This document shows positions 32,082 to 42,625 of a stretch of 64,000 nt of DNA, piece after piece. Each line of letters begins with the position of its first letter. Position 1 is the stretch's first letter. The stretch covers positions 640-64,639 of the forward strand of contig CAWFBA010000003.1 in NCBI GenBank assembly GCA_963814005.1, written 5' to 3'. The position numbers and the translations under genes were made by a program. Source of the stretch: an uncultured Thermoleophilaceae bacterium. Its GTDB lineage: Bacteria; Actinomycetota; Thermoleophilia; Solirubrobacterales; Thermoleophilaceae. The notes below the pieces were generated by a model. That model made no database searches and was not told the DNA's origin. It saw only the letters and a program-made list of their open reading frames with translations.

Positions 32082-33056
32082 TCAGGTGTGCTCGAAGCCG
32101 CGAAGGTTCTCGGCCACCGCGCCGGACGCGTGGGAGAGCGCCACACCCCGTCCCTCCACCGCCCGCCCGACCTGGGTGAGCGCAGTCCCGGCTCCGACCG
32201 CCGCCGCCTCGGCTGCGGCCCAGCGCTCCGCGGGCACCGCCACCAGCAGCTCGTAGTCCTCGCCTGCGGTCGCGCCCAGCTCGGCCGGTGCCCGGCCCAG
32301 CGCGGCGGCCACCTCGGGTACCCCGGGCGCGAGTGGGAGCGCCGCTAGGTCGAGCTCCAGCCGCACGCCGCTCGCTCCGGCCACGTGGCGGGCGTCGGTG
32401 GCCAGGCCGTCGCTTAGGTCGATCATCGCGCTGACCGGAGCTCGGGCCAGCGCCGCGCCCGCCTCCAGCAGTGGCCGCGGGCGGCGGTGGGCCCGGATCA
32501 GGGCCTGAGCCAGCTCGGCGTCCGGGGCCGACGCCTCGCCCCGCAGGATCGCCAGCCCGGCGCCGGAGCGCCCGAGCGCGCCGGTGACGGCCACGAGATC
32601 GCCCGGGTCGGCGCCGTCGCGCCCCACGAGCTCATGCTCCGAGTCGGCCCAGCCGGTCACCGCCACCGTGACCACCAGGGCACCGGCGCGCACCAGGTCC
32701 CCGCCCGCGATCGTGGTCTCGGTCTCCCCGGCCAGCTGCGCCATCGACTCGACGAGCGCGACTGCGTCGGGCTCCGGGTACTCGCGCGGCAGGGCCAGGG
32801 AGACGTGCGCCTCCCCGGGGTCCGCGCCCATCGCCGCAAGGTCGGACAGGGCCGCCGCCAGCGCCTTGTGCCCGACATCGGCGGGCGAGTGCGTCGAGCT
32901 CTCGAAGTGGACGCCCTCGGCGATCGTGTCGATCGAGGTGACCGCCAGCGGCCGCGCCCGCACCACCGAGGCGTCGTCTCCCACCCACCGCACGACCCGC
33001 TCGCCAGGCTCCGAGAGGGCCCGCTGAAAGGCGGCGATCAGGTCGAGCTCGGCCAC
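32082..33056 (-). CDS. thiL: thiamine-monophosphate kinase
   Basis: 324 aa: ELDLIAAF...GDDASVV...[14 protein letters not shown]-synthase-like fold motifs. The frame is intact. Confidence 0.88.
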   Translation of the reverse strand: MAELDLIAAFQRALSEPGERVVRWVGDDASVVRARPLAVTSIDTIAEGVHFESSTHSPADVGHKALAAALSDLAAMGADPGEAHVSLALPREYPEPDAVALVESMAQLAGETETTIAGGDLVRAGALVVTVAVTGWADSEHELVGRDGADPGDLVAVTGALGRSGAGLAILRGEASAPDAELAQALIRAHRRPRPLLEAGAALARAPVSAMIDLSDGLATDARHVAGASGVRLELDLAALPLAPGVPEVAAALGRAPAELGATAGEDYELLVAVPAERWAAAEAAAVGAGTALTQVGRAVEGRGVALSHASGAVAENLRGFEHT

Positions 33057-33109
33057 GGGGACAGTGTCGCTGGTCGCGGGCTACGCAACTGCGTTCGGGG
33101 CCACCCGGT

Positions 33110-35290
33110 TCACGAATCGGCACCGAGGGGACAGCAGCTCTGTGCCCCCGGTCGACCGCCGACCGGCCTACCCGTCGTCCGGGGTGTCGCCGCCCCCGTC
33201 GCTGGGCTCCTCGGGGCCGGAGGCGGCTCCGGCGTGGACGGCGCCTGCTGGGGCGGGGACTCGTACAGGCGCGGGTCGTAGCCGCGGTAGCCGCCGCCCC
33301 CGGCGGAGTTGTCGCCCGTGCCCGTGGGCGGTGGCGAGCGGTAGTAGCTGCCGCCGCTCGAGCGTCCGGTGCTGGAGTACTTGCCGAAGAACGGGGAGAA
33401 CTCCGCCCGCTCCTCGGGCTGCGGGAAGGAGTCGCAGTTCTCGCCCTTGGCCACGATCATGTAGTCGTGCCAGATGCCGGCGGGGATGGTGCCGCCGGCC
33501 ACTCCGGGCATCGACTGCAGCGCGTTGGGGTAGCCGACCCAGCTCGAGGTGGAGAGCTTCGGCGTGTAGCCCACGAACCAGGCGTCGTTGAAGGCGTCGG
33601 TGGTGCCGGTCTTGCCGGCTGCCGGGCAGCCGATCTGCGCGCGTGTGCCGGTGCCGCCGGTCACGTTCTGCTTGAGGATCTTGGTGACCTCGTAGGCCTG
33701 GCCGTCGGTGAACACGCGCTTGCGCTCGGGCTTGCCCAGGTCGTCGGACTTGCCGTCGGGGAAGACCACCTTGCGGATGCCCTTCGGCTCGTTGCGGATC
33801 CCGCCGGAGGCGAGCGTGGCGTAGGCGTTGGCCATCTCGAGCGGCGACACGCCCAGCCGCAGGCCGCCGAGGCCCTCGGCGGGCAGGCCGTCGAGCTTGG
33901 TCTCGATGCCCATCAGCTTGGCCGTCTCGCGCACCTCCTTCGGGCCCACGTCGATGATCAGCTGCGCGTACACGGTGTTGTCCGAGGCCAGGGTGCCGCG
34001 CACCAGGTTCATCGAGCCGCCGTAGGAGTTGCCGTAGGTCTTGACCTTCCACGGCCCGTAGCCGGGAACGTTCAGGTTCAGCGGCTTGGACGTGTAGCTG
34101 GTGCGGTTGGGGTCGATGCCCTTGCGGATGGCGGTCATGAGCACCATCGTCTTGAACGCCGAGCCGGGCTGGCGGTGGCCCTGGGCGGCGAGGTTGAAGC
34201 GGCGGTCCTTGTACGTGCCGCTGGACGCCATGGCGCGGATGTAGCCGTTGCGAGGGTCGATCGAGACGACGGCCGACGAGGGGTCGGTGGGCAGCGACAG
34301 GTGGTTGCCGATGGCCTGCCGCGCCGCCTCCTGCAGCTTGGGCTCGATCGTGGTGTAGACCTTGAGCCCGCCGCGGCGGTACACGCCCACGCCGTACTCC
34401 TCGATCAGCCTCTCCTGCACGTAGTCGAAGAAGAACGGCTCGCGCCGGCGGGTGTAGCGAGTGCCGCGCTTGAGCCCCAGCGGCTTGGACGCCTCCTCGG
34501 CGGCCTGCGCTTGCGTGATGTAGCGGTTCTTGGCCATCCGCTCGAGCACCTCGTTGCGGCGCGAGAGCGCGGCGGTGCGGGTTGCGGAACGGGTTGTACT
34601 GCGACGGCGCCTGCGGGAGGCCGGCCAGCAGCGCGGCCTCGCCAAGGGTGAGGTCGCTCGCGTGCTTGTCGAAGAAGGTCTCGGCCGCCGCCTCGACGCC
34701 GATGGCCGTGCGCCCGTCGATGGTCCCGAACGGCACGTCGTTGAGGTAGTTCTTGAGGATCCACTTCTTGGAGTGCTTCTCCTCGAGCTCCGAGGCGAGC
34801 TTGGCCTCGCGGATCTTGCGCGCGAAGTTGCGCTCGGGGTCCTTGATGTAGAGCGCGCGCACGAGCTGCTGGGTGATCGTGGAGCCGCCCTCCACGTTCT
34901 TGCCGGAGCGCAGGTTCTTGACTCCGGCGCGCACGATGGCCGGGTAGTCCACGCCCTCGTGCTTGTAGAAGCGCTCGTCCTCGATCGCCACCGTGGCCTG
35001 GCGCATCTGCAGCGGCATGTCGCGCCACGGGACCGGGGTGCGGATCTCATCGGACTGCACGTAGCCCAGCCGCGAGCCGTCGGCGGCGAAGATCACCGAG
35101 TTCTGCCCTTGTCGGTGGGCTTGAGCTCGCTCAGGTCGGGCGCGGTGGCGGCCATGGCGATCACATAGCCCGCCACCGACATCAGCGCCAGCGCCAGCGT
35201 GACCGCCAGCACCGTGGCGCCCAGCGCCATGCGCCGTCCCGCGCTGCCGCGCCCTCGCCTGCGCCGTGCCTTTCGCTGCCGGTAGGTCAT
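33110..35290 (-). CDS. ponA: class A penicillin-binding protein (transglycosylase + transpeptidase); two apparent frameshifts (~34578, ~35106)
   Basis: TM anchor ORF 35093..35290. GT51 motifs AIEDERFYKH and GGSTITQQL in ORF 33168..36146. Transpeptidase SAFK, SDN, KTGTT in ORF 33110..35050. Low-complexity C-terminal tail, so the stop is uncertain. Confidence 0.9.
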
Positions 35291-35347
35291 CGGATCCCGT
35301 GGCCGTGGCCCCGCGGTGGCCGGCCGGCGCCGGGCGCCTGTGACCGC

Positions 35348-36125
35348 CTACCCGGGCTCGGAGGATAGAGCAGCGTTTCGCAGCCGTTGCAGGCTGTCCT
35401 TCCTCAGGCGCGCCGCCACCTGCCCGCGCTCGCCGGCGGTGGCCGCATGGGTGCCCACCGACAGGCGGATGCCCTCCTTGTCGATCTCGGCCACGCGCGC
35501 CGTCACGTCGTCCTGCTCGCACAGCACCTCGACCGCCCGCGTCACGTCGGCGTCCGGCGGCAGCCAGACCGAGACCTCGACCTCCACGCGCGGGTCGACG
35601 ACCGTGTGGTTCTGGATCGAGCTCTGGGCCAGGCGCTCGTTGGGCACGATCAGGCGGCGGCCGTCGTCGAGCCGGATGTAGGTGTAGGTCAGCCGCACGT
35701 CCTCGACCTCGCCGGTCTCCTCCTCGAAGGTCACCAGGTCGCCGATCCGGATCGGCTGGGTGATGGCCAGCAGGATCCCGGCGATCGCGTTGGCAAGCGT
35801 CTGGCGCGCCGCGAAGCCCACGACCAGGCCCGAGCACCGCGGAGGAGGCCAGCACGCCGGTGGCCACCCGCTTGACGGACGGGAACTGGGCCAGCGCCAG
35901 CGCGATCCCGATCACGATGATCGTGGCGAAGACCAGGCGCCGGACCAGCCGCAGCCGGGTGTCCGCCACGGGCGACAGCTGACGGCCGGACACGGCCTCG
36001 CTGATCCGCGCGGCCGCGCTTGACAATCGCCGTGTCCACCAGCCTCGGCGAGCACGAATGCGCCGATCACGGTGCAGGCCGGCGGTGAGCTCGTTGCGGT
36101 GCTCGTCGAGGAAGGACGCCGCCAT
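35348..36125 (-). CDS. mscS: small-conductance mechanosensitive channel (MscS family); about 3 apparent frameshifts (~35825, ~36040, ~36065)
   Basis: C-terminal ORF 35348..35821 carries GFAARQTLANAIAGILLAITQPIRIGDLV and the beta domain. N-terminal TM helices are spread over two other frames. Confidence 0.8.
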
Positions 36126-37500
36126 GGGAAGATCGGCCGCCGGCATGGCGCATCAGGCTACTTCCACCGCCGCGCCGCTCGCCGGGCGCCTGCGGGCGCT
36201 GCGGGAGCGAGCGGCCGCGTCCGAGGCGCTGGGCGCCGCCTGGCGCGCGGCGCTGTGGAGCCGGCTCGCGATCGTCTGTGTGGCGGCCTTTGCCGCACTC
36301 TCGGCCGGTGGGGAGGCCCGCTTCGAGGCCGCGGCCGAGCGCTACGACGAGCCCGCGCTGACCCAGCCGCTCGGCGGCCTGGGCGATGTGCTGGTCTCGC
36401 CGCTCGCGCGCTGGGACGCGGTCTGGTTCCTCTCGGTCGCCGACTCCGGCTACGACGACGCCGACTCGCCGCGGGCGGCGTTCTTCCCCCTCTACCCGCT
36501 GCTCTCGCGCGCGGTCGGCGAGCTGGGCGGCGGCTCGCGCGCGGCCGTGCTGCTGGCCTCGTTCGCTGGTGTCGCTGGCGGCGCTGGTCGTGGCTCTGGC
36601 GCTGCTGCACCGGCTCACCGCCATCGAGCTGGGCCGGCGCGCCGCCGGCCCGGCGGTGCTGCTGCTGTGCGTCTTCCCCGCGTCGGTGTTCCTGGGCGCG
36701 CCGTACTCCGAGAGCCTGTTCCTGGCGGCGTCGCTCGGAGCGTTCTACGCCGCGCGCACCGGGCACTGGGCCTGGGCCGGGGTGGCCGCCGCCGCTGCCT
36801 CGGCCACGCGCAGCGCCGGGCGTGCTCCTGCTGCTGCCGCTGGTGCTGCTCTACCTCTACGGGCCGCGCTCGGATCGCCCCGGCGAGCTGGCGCCGCCGG
36901 CCCGCGGATGGCTGGCGTCGCTGCGCCCGGTGCACGCCGTCCGCGCCGACGCCGCGTGGCTGGCCCTGGCGCCGCTCGGGTTGGTGGCCTACTCGGGGTA
37001 CCTGGCCATCGCCCACGGCGACCCGTTTGCATTCTCCTCGGCCCAGGAGCTTCTGGGGCCGCGATTTCGCCGGCCCGTTCGTCGGCGTCTGGGACGGCCT
37101 CCTGGCGGCCGTGGACGGTGCGCGCCAGCTGGCCTCCGGCTCGCGCGAGCCGGTGTACTTCGAGCAGGCGGGCGGGGACCCGTTCCGGGTGGCGGCCGTG
37201 AACCTGATGCTCTTCGGCTCGCTGGTGTTCGCCGTGGCGGCGTGCCTCGGCGTGCTGCGGCGGCTGCCGTTCGCCTACGGCGCCTACGTGGTCGCCGCGC
37301 TGGCGGTGCCGCTCAGCTTCCCCGTGGCCCCGCAGCCGCTGATGTCCCTGCCGCGGTTCCTGGTGGTCCTGTTCCCGATCTTCATGTGGATGGCGGTGGC
37401 CTGCGAGGAGCGCGGCGCCACGGCACGCGTAGCCGCCGCGTCGGCGGTGCTGCTGGGCCTGCTCACCACGCAGTTCGCCACCTGGCAGTTCCTCGCGTGA
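36124..37500 (+). CDS. polytopic membrane glycosyltransferase, PIG-V/mannosyltransferase-like (GT-C); about 3 apparent frameshifts (~36570, ~36820, ~37050)
   Basis: Segments in three frames: RWDAVWFLSVADSGY...AFFPLYPLL, LLCVFPASVFLGAPYSESLFL, LVAYSGYLAIAHGDPFAF, and the C-terminal TM helices. The start is uncertain (36124 or 36145). Confidence 0.55.
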   Translation: MGRSAAGMAHQATSTAAPLAGRLRALRERAAASEALGAAWRAALWSRLAIVCVAAFAALSAGGEARFEAAAERYDEPALTQPLGGLGDVLVSPLARWDAVWFLSVADSGYDDADSPRAAFFPLYPLLSRAVGELGGGSRAAVLLASFAGVAGGAGRGSGAAAPAHRHRAGPARRRPGGAAAVRLPRVGVPGRAVLREPVPGGVARSVLRRAHRALGLGRGGRRRCLGHAQRRACSCCCRWCCSTSTGRARIAPASWRRRPADGWRRCARCTPSAPTPRGWPWRRSGWWPTRGTWPSPTATRLHSPRPRSFWGRDFAGPFVGVWDGLLAAVDGARQLASGSREPVYFEQAGGDPFRVAAVNLMLFGSLVFAVAACLGVLRRLPFAYGAYVVAALAVPLSFPVAPQPLMSLPRFLVVLFPIFMWMAVACEERGATARVAAASAVLLGLLTTQFATWQFLA

Positions 37501-38199
37501 GGCTCCGCGCCGTGCTGCTGGACGCGCTCGGCACGCTCGTGGAGCTGCGCCCCCCGGCCCCGCGGCTGCGCGCGCTGCTGGAGCGATCCACGGGCGTGGA
37601 CGTGGGCCTCGAGGCGGCCGAGCGCGGCTTCGCCGCCGAGATCGCCTACTACCTGGACCACCACATGGAGGGCGGAGACCGGAAGGGCCTGGAGCGCCTG
37701 CGCGACGACTGCGCGGAGGTGATGCGCCAGGCGATCGGCCACGACGCGCTCGAGCGGGGCGCCGTTCGCGCTGCGATGCTCGGTGCGCTGGAGTTCGACG
37801 CCCTATCCCGACGTGGCGCCCGCGCTGGCGGACCTGCGCGCACGCGGGCTGCGGCTGGTGGTGGCCAGCAACTGGGACTGCTCGCTGGCGGAGTGGCTCG
37901 ACCGCGCCGGGCTGATGGACCTGGTGGACGGAGCCGTTTCCTCGGCCACCGTTGGCGCGGCCAAGCCGTCGCCCGCGGTGTTCCGGGCGGCGCTGGAACT
38001 GGCGGGGTGCGAGCCGGGCGAGGCCGTGCACGTGGGCGACTCGATGGCCAACGACGTGGCGGGCGCACACGCCGCCGGCATCCGCGCGGTGCTGGTGGAT
38101 CGCGGCGACATGGCGCCCGCGGGCGTCGAGTCCGTGCGCTCGCTGGCGGAGCTGCGCTCCGGCGTTCTCAGTCAGGCCGATCCCCCGGCCGCCGGATGA
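37497..38199 (+). CDS. HAD-superfamily hydrolase; one apparent frameshift (~37800)
   Basis: Motif I AVLLDALGTLV (GTG overlaps the upstream stop). After the shift: motif II VVASNWD, motif III GAAKPSP, motif IV HVGDSMANDVAGA. Confidence 0.75.
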
Positions 38200-38290
38200 G
38201 CGTAAGCTCAAGGGGCAGTCCCACCGCCGGGTGTCAGTGCTCCCCACATCCTTCTGTGGCAACGAAGCCGGGAGTGAGAGGGATGAGGAC

Positions 38291-38488
38291 ATGAGCGATT
38301 CAGCAGCCGCACCGCGCGAGCGGAGGGACGGTTCGGCCTACGAGGCACACCTGGCCGGCATCGCGGAGCGCAACCTGGCGGTGAAGAAGGCCGGCCGGGC
38401 CCGGCGGGCCGAAGACGATCTCAGGAAGACCAAGCTGCGCATCGAGTCCGACCGGCGCACGGACGCCGAGCTTTCAGCCAAGGGCTGA
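38291..38488 (+). CDS. small charged hypothetical protein (65 aa)
   Basis: ATG preceded by the purine-rich gGGAGtGAGAGGGatGAGGac. Charged helical sequence. No family recognised. Confidence 0.4.
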   Translation: MSDSAAAPRERRDGSAYEAHLAGIAERNLAVKKAGRARRAEDDLRKTKLRIESDRRTDAELSAKG

Positions 38489-38565
38489 CCCACCGGGCTC
38501 CCAGGGCCCACCGCGGGCCGAGCACGGTGCCTGAACGGCGCCCCTGCTCCCTATTCTGAGCGCGC

Positions 38566-39406
38566 ATGGAGGCCCACGGAAGCTCGTTGCCGCCGCCGTT
38601 CCCGCCCGAGCTGCCCGCCGGGGCGGAGCGTCAGCCCGCGTGGCCGCCGTGGTTCGCCGCGGTCGGCTTCCTGGTGGGAATCACCGGCACCCTGGTGGTG
38701 GTGGGCATCCTGGCCGTGCTCCTGGGGGCCGACCCCGACGACGAGTCGTCGACCTTCGTGATCGTCGGCACCCTCGCGCAGGGCGCCGTGTTCGTGGCCA
38801 CCGCGCTCTTCTTCGCCAGCAGGGTCGCGCCGCCCAGGGCGTGGCACTTCGGCCTGCGCTCGACGCGGTTCTGGCCGGCCCTCGGCTGGGCCGTCCTCGG
38901 GATCCTGGCGTTCTACATCTCCGCCGCCGTGTACTCCGCCATCGTCCAGCCGGATGCCGAGCAGGGCACCGTCGAGGCGCTCGGAGGCGATCAGGGCACC
39001 TTCGGCCTGATCATCGCCGGGCTCATGGTCATCGCCGTGGCGCCGGCGGTCGAGGAGTTCTTCTTCCGCGGGTTCTTCTACCGCGCCCTGCGCTCGCGCT
39101 TCTCGGTGATCGCGGCCGCGCTGATGGACGGTGCGCTGTTCGGCCTGATCCATCTTCGAGAGCGCCGACGGCCTGGTGCTGCTGCCCCCGCTGGCGTTCC
39201 TCGGCTTCATGTTCTGCCTGGTGTATGAGCGCACCGGCTCGCTGTTCCCGGTGATCGGGATGCACGCCTTCAACAACACAGTGGCCTTCGCCATTCAGGC
39301 CGACGACGGTTGGAAGGTCTCGGTGGTCGTGGGCCCGCTCGTGCTGCTGGCCTGCGTGCTGGTCCCGCGTGCGCTGCGGGCCCCGCCTCGCCCGGTGCCA
39401 GCCTGA
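38566..39406 (+). CDS. CPBP (CAAX/Abi) family intramembrane glutamic protease; one apparent frameshift (~39160)
   Basis: EEFFFRGFFY and FGLIH motifs in ORF 38566..39228. The final HAFNN motif is in ORF 39176..39406. Confidence 0.8.
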
Positions 39407-39452
39407 CGGCCGGCCTGCACCGGTGGCGGCCTGAGGCGGTGCGCTTGGACAG

Positions 39453-40472
39453 TTGTCGGGCCCCATGAGGCGCCTCCCGATCCTCTTCCTGGCCCTCGTG
39501 GCGATGTGCGTGGCTCCGGCGACTAGCCCAGCGCAGGCCCCGCCGGCGGTCACGCCGCCGGCCGTGCCGCCACCCGCCCCCGTGCCGCCGCCGGCTCCCC
39601 CCAAGGCCGGCAAGGTCTCGTTCACGGCCATCAGCGGCCAGCCCACGCGCAAGATGCGCTACGTGGCGCGAGGGGGCCGGGTCACGGTCCGGGCGCGTGT
39701 CAAGCCGTTCGTCGCCGGCCAGGTGGCCACGCTGGTGATCACGCGCCGCGGCAAGGTGCTGAAGCGAAAGCGCGCTCGAATCCGCCGCGGCGGGCGTGTG
39801 TCCTACAGCTTCCGGACCCGCCGCCGCGGCATGCTCGCCCTGCGCGTGGTCCACGCGCGCCACCCCGGCGCAGGCCGCCTTCCGCTCGCGCAAGGCGCGC
39901 TTCAGGGCCGTGGCTCTGCGCGCCGGCCAGGGCGCCCGCGGGCTTCACGTGCTGATCCTGCAGCGCGGCCTCAAGGAGCTGGGCTTCGCGGTTCCGGTGA
40001 CCGGCCAGTACGGCGGCGGCACTTCGCGCGCAGTGCTCGCGTTCCGCAAGACCAACCGGTTCGCGCGCAACGGCTACGCCGACCGGCGGCGTGTACTCGC
40101 TCGTTCTGCAGGGCCGCGGCGCCTTCAAGCTCAAGCTACCCGCGAGGCGGGCCGCCACGTGGAGTTCGACTGGTCGCGCCAGGTGCTCGTGCTGGCCGAC
40201 CGCGGGCGCGCCAGGCGCGTCTACCACAGCTCCTCGGGCGCGCCGATCACGCCCACGGTGTTCGGCACCTTCCGCTTCTACCGCAAGAGCTACGGCACCA
40301 ACGCCAAGCAGATGGTGCACTCCAGCTACTTCATCCGCGGCTACGCGATCCACGGCTACTTCTCCGTGCCGTCTTCCCTGCCAGCCACGGCTGCCTGCGG
40401 GTGCCGATCCCCAACGCCCGCGACATCTTCAACCAGATCAAGCTGGGCGAGCAGATCTTCGTCTACCGCTGA
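39453..40472 (+). pseudogene. L,D-transpeptidase (YkuD) with signal peptide, Arg-rich beta module and PG-binding domain; about 4 frame changes (~39870, ~40085, ~40140, ~40375)
   Basis: Signal peptide MRRLPILFLALVAMCVAPATSPAQA. PG-binding LILQRGLKELGFAVPVTGQYGGGTSRAVLAFRK. YkuD core HVEFDWSRQVLVLAD...SSGAPITPTVFGTFRFYRK and the catalytic PASHGCLRVP, spread over three frames. Confidence 0.8.
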
Positions 40473-40520
40473 CGCGCCATCCCTCTGGCCGATCCGGCCG
40501 GACGGGTCTACATTGGCCGG

Positions 40521-42158
40521 GTGAGTCGCCGGTCCCGGGCACTCCGACGCTGCCTTGCAGCTGCCGCCCTATGCCTGCTGGTCCTTCCGGCCGGGGCCGT
40601 CGCGCTGCCCGGCGACCCGGACCTGGTGGCCGACCCCCCCGAGCTCCCCTTCCTCGAGCAGGACTCGTCTGACGGGACGCCGAGGCTGCTGCTGCGCTTC
40701 GACGGCTTCGTGCACAACCGCGGCCCGAGCGCGCTGGAGTTCCGCGGCTCGGACCCCGCCTTCCCGTTCATGCAGCGTGTGGTCCAGCGCATCGGCGCCA
40801 CCGACGTGCCGCGGCCGGGCACGGTCATGTTCGAGACCAACGACGACCACGACCACTTCCACCTGATGAAGATCGCGCGCTACTCGCTGTGGAACGCATT
40901 CCGCACGGCCGAGGCCGCACCGGCGATGAAGGTGGGCTTTTGCCTGCTCGACAGCGAGCCGGTCGAGGCGGGTGGGGGCGCCCGGCCGAGCTATTTGAAT
41001 CCGTCGTTCTGCCAGCAGTCCAATCAGGGCGCCGCGAATGTGACCATGGGCGTGTCCGCCGGCTGGCGCGACATCTACGACAGCGGCCTCGCCTTCCAGT
41101 GGGTCGACGTCTCCGACGTGCAGCCGGGCATCTACTGGCTGCGGTCGGAGATCGATCCCGACGGCTTCGTGCGCGAGCAGGATGAGGTCAACCCCGCCAG
41201 GTTCGCCGCCGGTGCCTCCACCATTCCCGGGTTCATCGCACAACCGGTCAGCCAGGCTCTCACCGCCGGTCAGCCAGCCACCGTCACGCTGCGCGCCAAC
41301 GGCTTCGGCGACGCGCGTCGGGTGCAGTACCGGGTCGACGTGCCGCCCACCTGCGGCGACCTCGATCGCCCCACCGGCGCCTGGTCCAGCGACGCCACCG
41401 TGACCTACACGCCGCGTCCGGGCTGCACGCGCTCCGACGGCTTCCAGTACTCGGCCCGGGACTCGACGAGTGTCTTCCCGCGCAGCCCTGCCCGCGCCGC
41501 CGCCCTGCTCGCGGCTACGCCCCCCGGCCCTGGCCCTGGCCCTGGGCCTGGTCCCGGTCCTGGATCCACCCCGCCACCCACTCCCTTCGTGGCCATCTCT
41601 GGAGCCCCCGCCAAGCTGGCCACCGGCCTCAGCGCCCAGCTCTCCGCCACCGTGGTCAACGCGTCGCCGGCGCTCACCTGGAGCGTGGCCGGCGTGGCCG
41701 GCGGCAACTCGCGCGTTGGAACCATCAGCTCCACCGGGCGCTACAGGGCACCGAAGACCGTGCCCCCCGGCCGGTTCGTGCGGGTCGGGGCTCGCAGCGC
41801 CTCGGGGGCCAGCGCCTCGGTCCGCATCGAGATCGTCAAGCGGGGAGCCCAGAAGCCGGCCATCAGCCCCAAGCCGCGCGTGGCCTTGCGAGGACGCCGG
41901 GTGCACGTGCGCACCAAGCCCAACCGCGCGGTCCGGGTGGCGGTGAAGGTCACGCGCGGGCGCGCGACCGTGGGCAGCTGCCGCAAGACGCTCGTGCGAG
42001 CACGCCGCTCATACGTGTGCCGCGCGCGCGTGAAGCGGGGCGTGCGGCTCACGAAGCTGAAGGTCGTGGTCACGATGACGGTCGGCAAGCGCACGCTGAG
42101 CAGGCGAACCCTGAGCGTCCCGCGCGCCAAGAGCTCGCACTCGCACTCCCACCACTGA
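40521..42158 (+). CDS. secreted lysyl-oxidase-like (LOX domain) copper amine oxidase with (Gly-Pro)n linker and Arg-rich beta-rich C-terminal region
   Basis: Intact 545-aa ORF with a signal peptide. HDHFH aligns with the LOX copper site HQHYH. MKVGFCLLDS aligns with HKASFCLEDT (LTQ Lys). GVSAGWRDIYDSGLAFQWVDVSDVQPGIYWLRSEIDP aligns with [37 protein letters not shown] (LTQ Tyr). Confidence 0.8.
   Translation: MSRRSRALRRCLAAAALCLLVLPAGAVALPGDPDLVADPPELPFLEQDSSDGTPRLLLRFDGFVHNRGPSALEFRGSDPAFPFMQRVVQRIGATDVPRPGTVMFETNDDHDHFHLMKIARYSLWNAFRTAEAAPAMKVGFCLLDSEPVEAGGGARPSYLNPSFCQQSNQGAANVTMGVSAGWRDIYDSGLAFQWVDVSDVQPGIYWLRSEIDPDGFVREQDEVNPARFAAGASTIPGFIAQPVSQALTAGQPATVTLRANGFGDARRVQYRVDVPPTCGDLDRPTGAWSSDATVTYTPRPGCTRSDGFQYSARDSTSVFPRSPARAAALLAATPPGPGPGPGPGPGPGSTPPPTPFVAISGAPAKLATGLSAQLSATVVNASPALTWSVAGVAGGNSRVGTISSTGRYRAPKTVPPGRFVRVGARSASGASASVRIEIVKRGAQKPAISPKPRVALRGRRVHVRTKPNRAVRVAVKVTRGRATVGSCRKTLVRARRSYVCRARVKRGVRLTKLKVVVTMTVGKRTLSRRTLSVPRAKSSHSHSHH
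41521..41566 (+). repeat. imperfect hexanucleotide (ggccct-like) repeat encoding PGPGPGPGPGPGPG
   Basis: cccccggccctggccctggccctgggcctggtcccggtcctgg, read directly. Lies inside the LOX-like CDS. Confidence 0.85.
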
Positions 42159-42189
42159 GCCGCCAGGGCGGGCAGCCGGTGCTAACGGC

Positions 42190-42600
42190 TCAGCTCGGAA
42201 CCCGGCGCCAGTCGCGCGCCTCTGGGACGCGCCGGGGGATGATGTTGGCCAGCAGCATCCCGAGCAGGCCGTAGAGCAGCAGGCCCAATGCGGCCGGCAC
42301 GCCACGCAGGACCCACGTGTTGTCCGAGTCGGCCACGTCGGTGAAGGGCCGCAGCAGCACGTCGTTCACGTCGTCGATCGCCTCCCGCGCGCCCGAGTGT
42401 CTCCGCTCGCGTTCGCGTTCAACGCCCGCCGGCGGATCGATGGCGGCGATGTCGGTGTCCGAGCTCACGAGGCCCTGGCCGTCCACCGCGCGCTGCTGGG
42501 TCTCGGATCCCTCCCGCGACTGGTCAATGGCAAACAGCAGCAAGCTGAGTGCCACGCAGGCGCCGGCCGTGACGGCGAAGAGCCTCACTATCGATCCCAT
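42190..42600 (-). CDS. small two-TM membrane protein, unknown function
   Basis: Start taken at the internal Met (MGSIVRLFAVTAGACVALSLLLFAI). A second TM lies near the C-terminus (VPAALGLLLYGLLGMLLANII). Confidence 0.5.
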   Translation of the reverse strand: MGSIVRLFAVTAGACVALSLLLFAIDQSREGSETQQRAVDGQGLVSSDTDIAAIDPPAGVERERERRHSGAREAIDDVNDVLLRPFTDVADSDNTWVLRGVPAALGLLLYGLLGMLLANIIPRRVPEARDWRRVPS

Positions 42601-42625
42601 CGCCCGACTACTATCGGCAGCCGCA

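Noticed and set aside
36124-36146. Back-to-back overlapping start codons of the divergent mscS and glycosyltransferase genes, considered as a regulatory oddity.
   Set aside because: Both N-termini are uncertain because of nearby frameshifts and alternative ATGs (36125/36146 and 36124/36145). The overlap may be an artefact of start choice.
41521-41566. GP-encoding hexanucleotide repeat, the (EA)n-encoding repeat in the S6 tail (~20940-20960) and the GPQSPAP duplication in the RDD gene (~14650-14700), considered as possible CRISPR or other arrays.
   Set aside because: They are short, in frame and inside CDSs, and lack a spacer/repeat architecture. They are ordinary low-complexity coding repeats.
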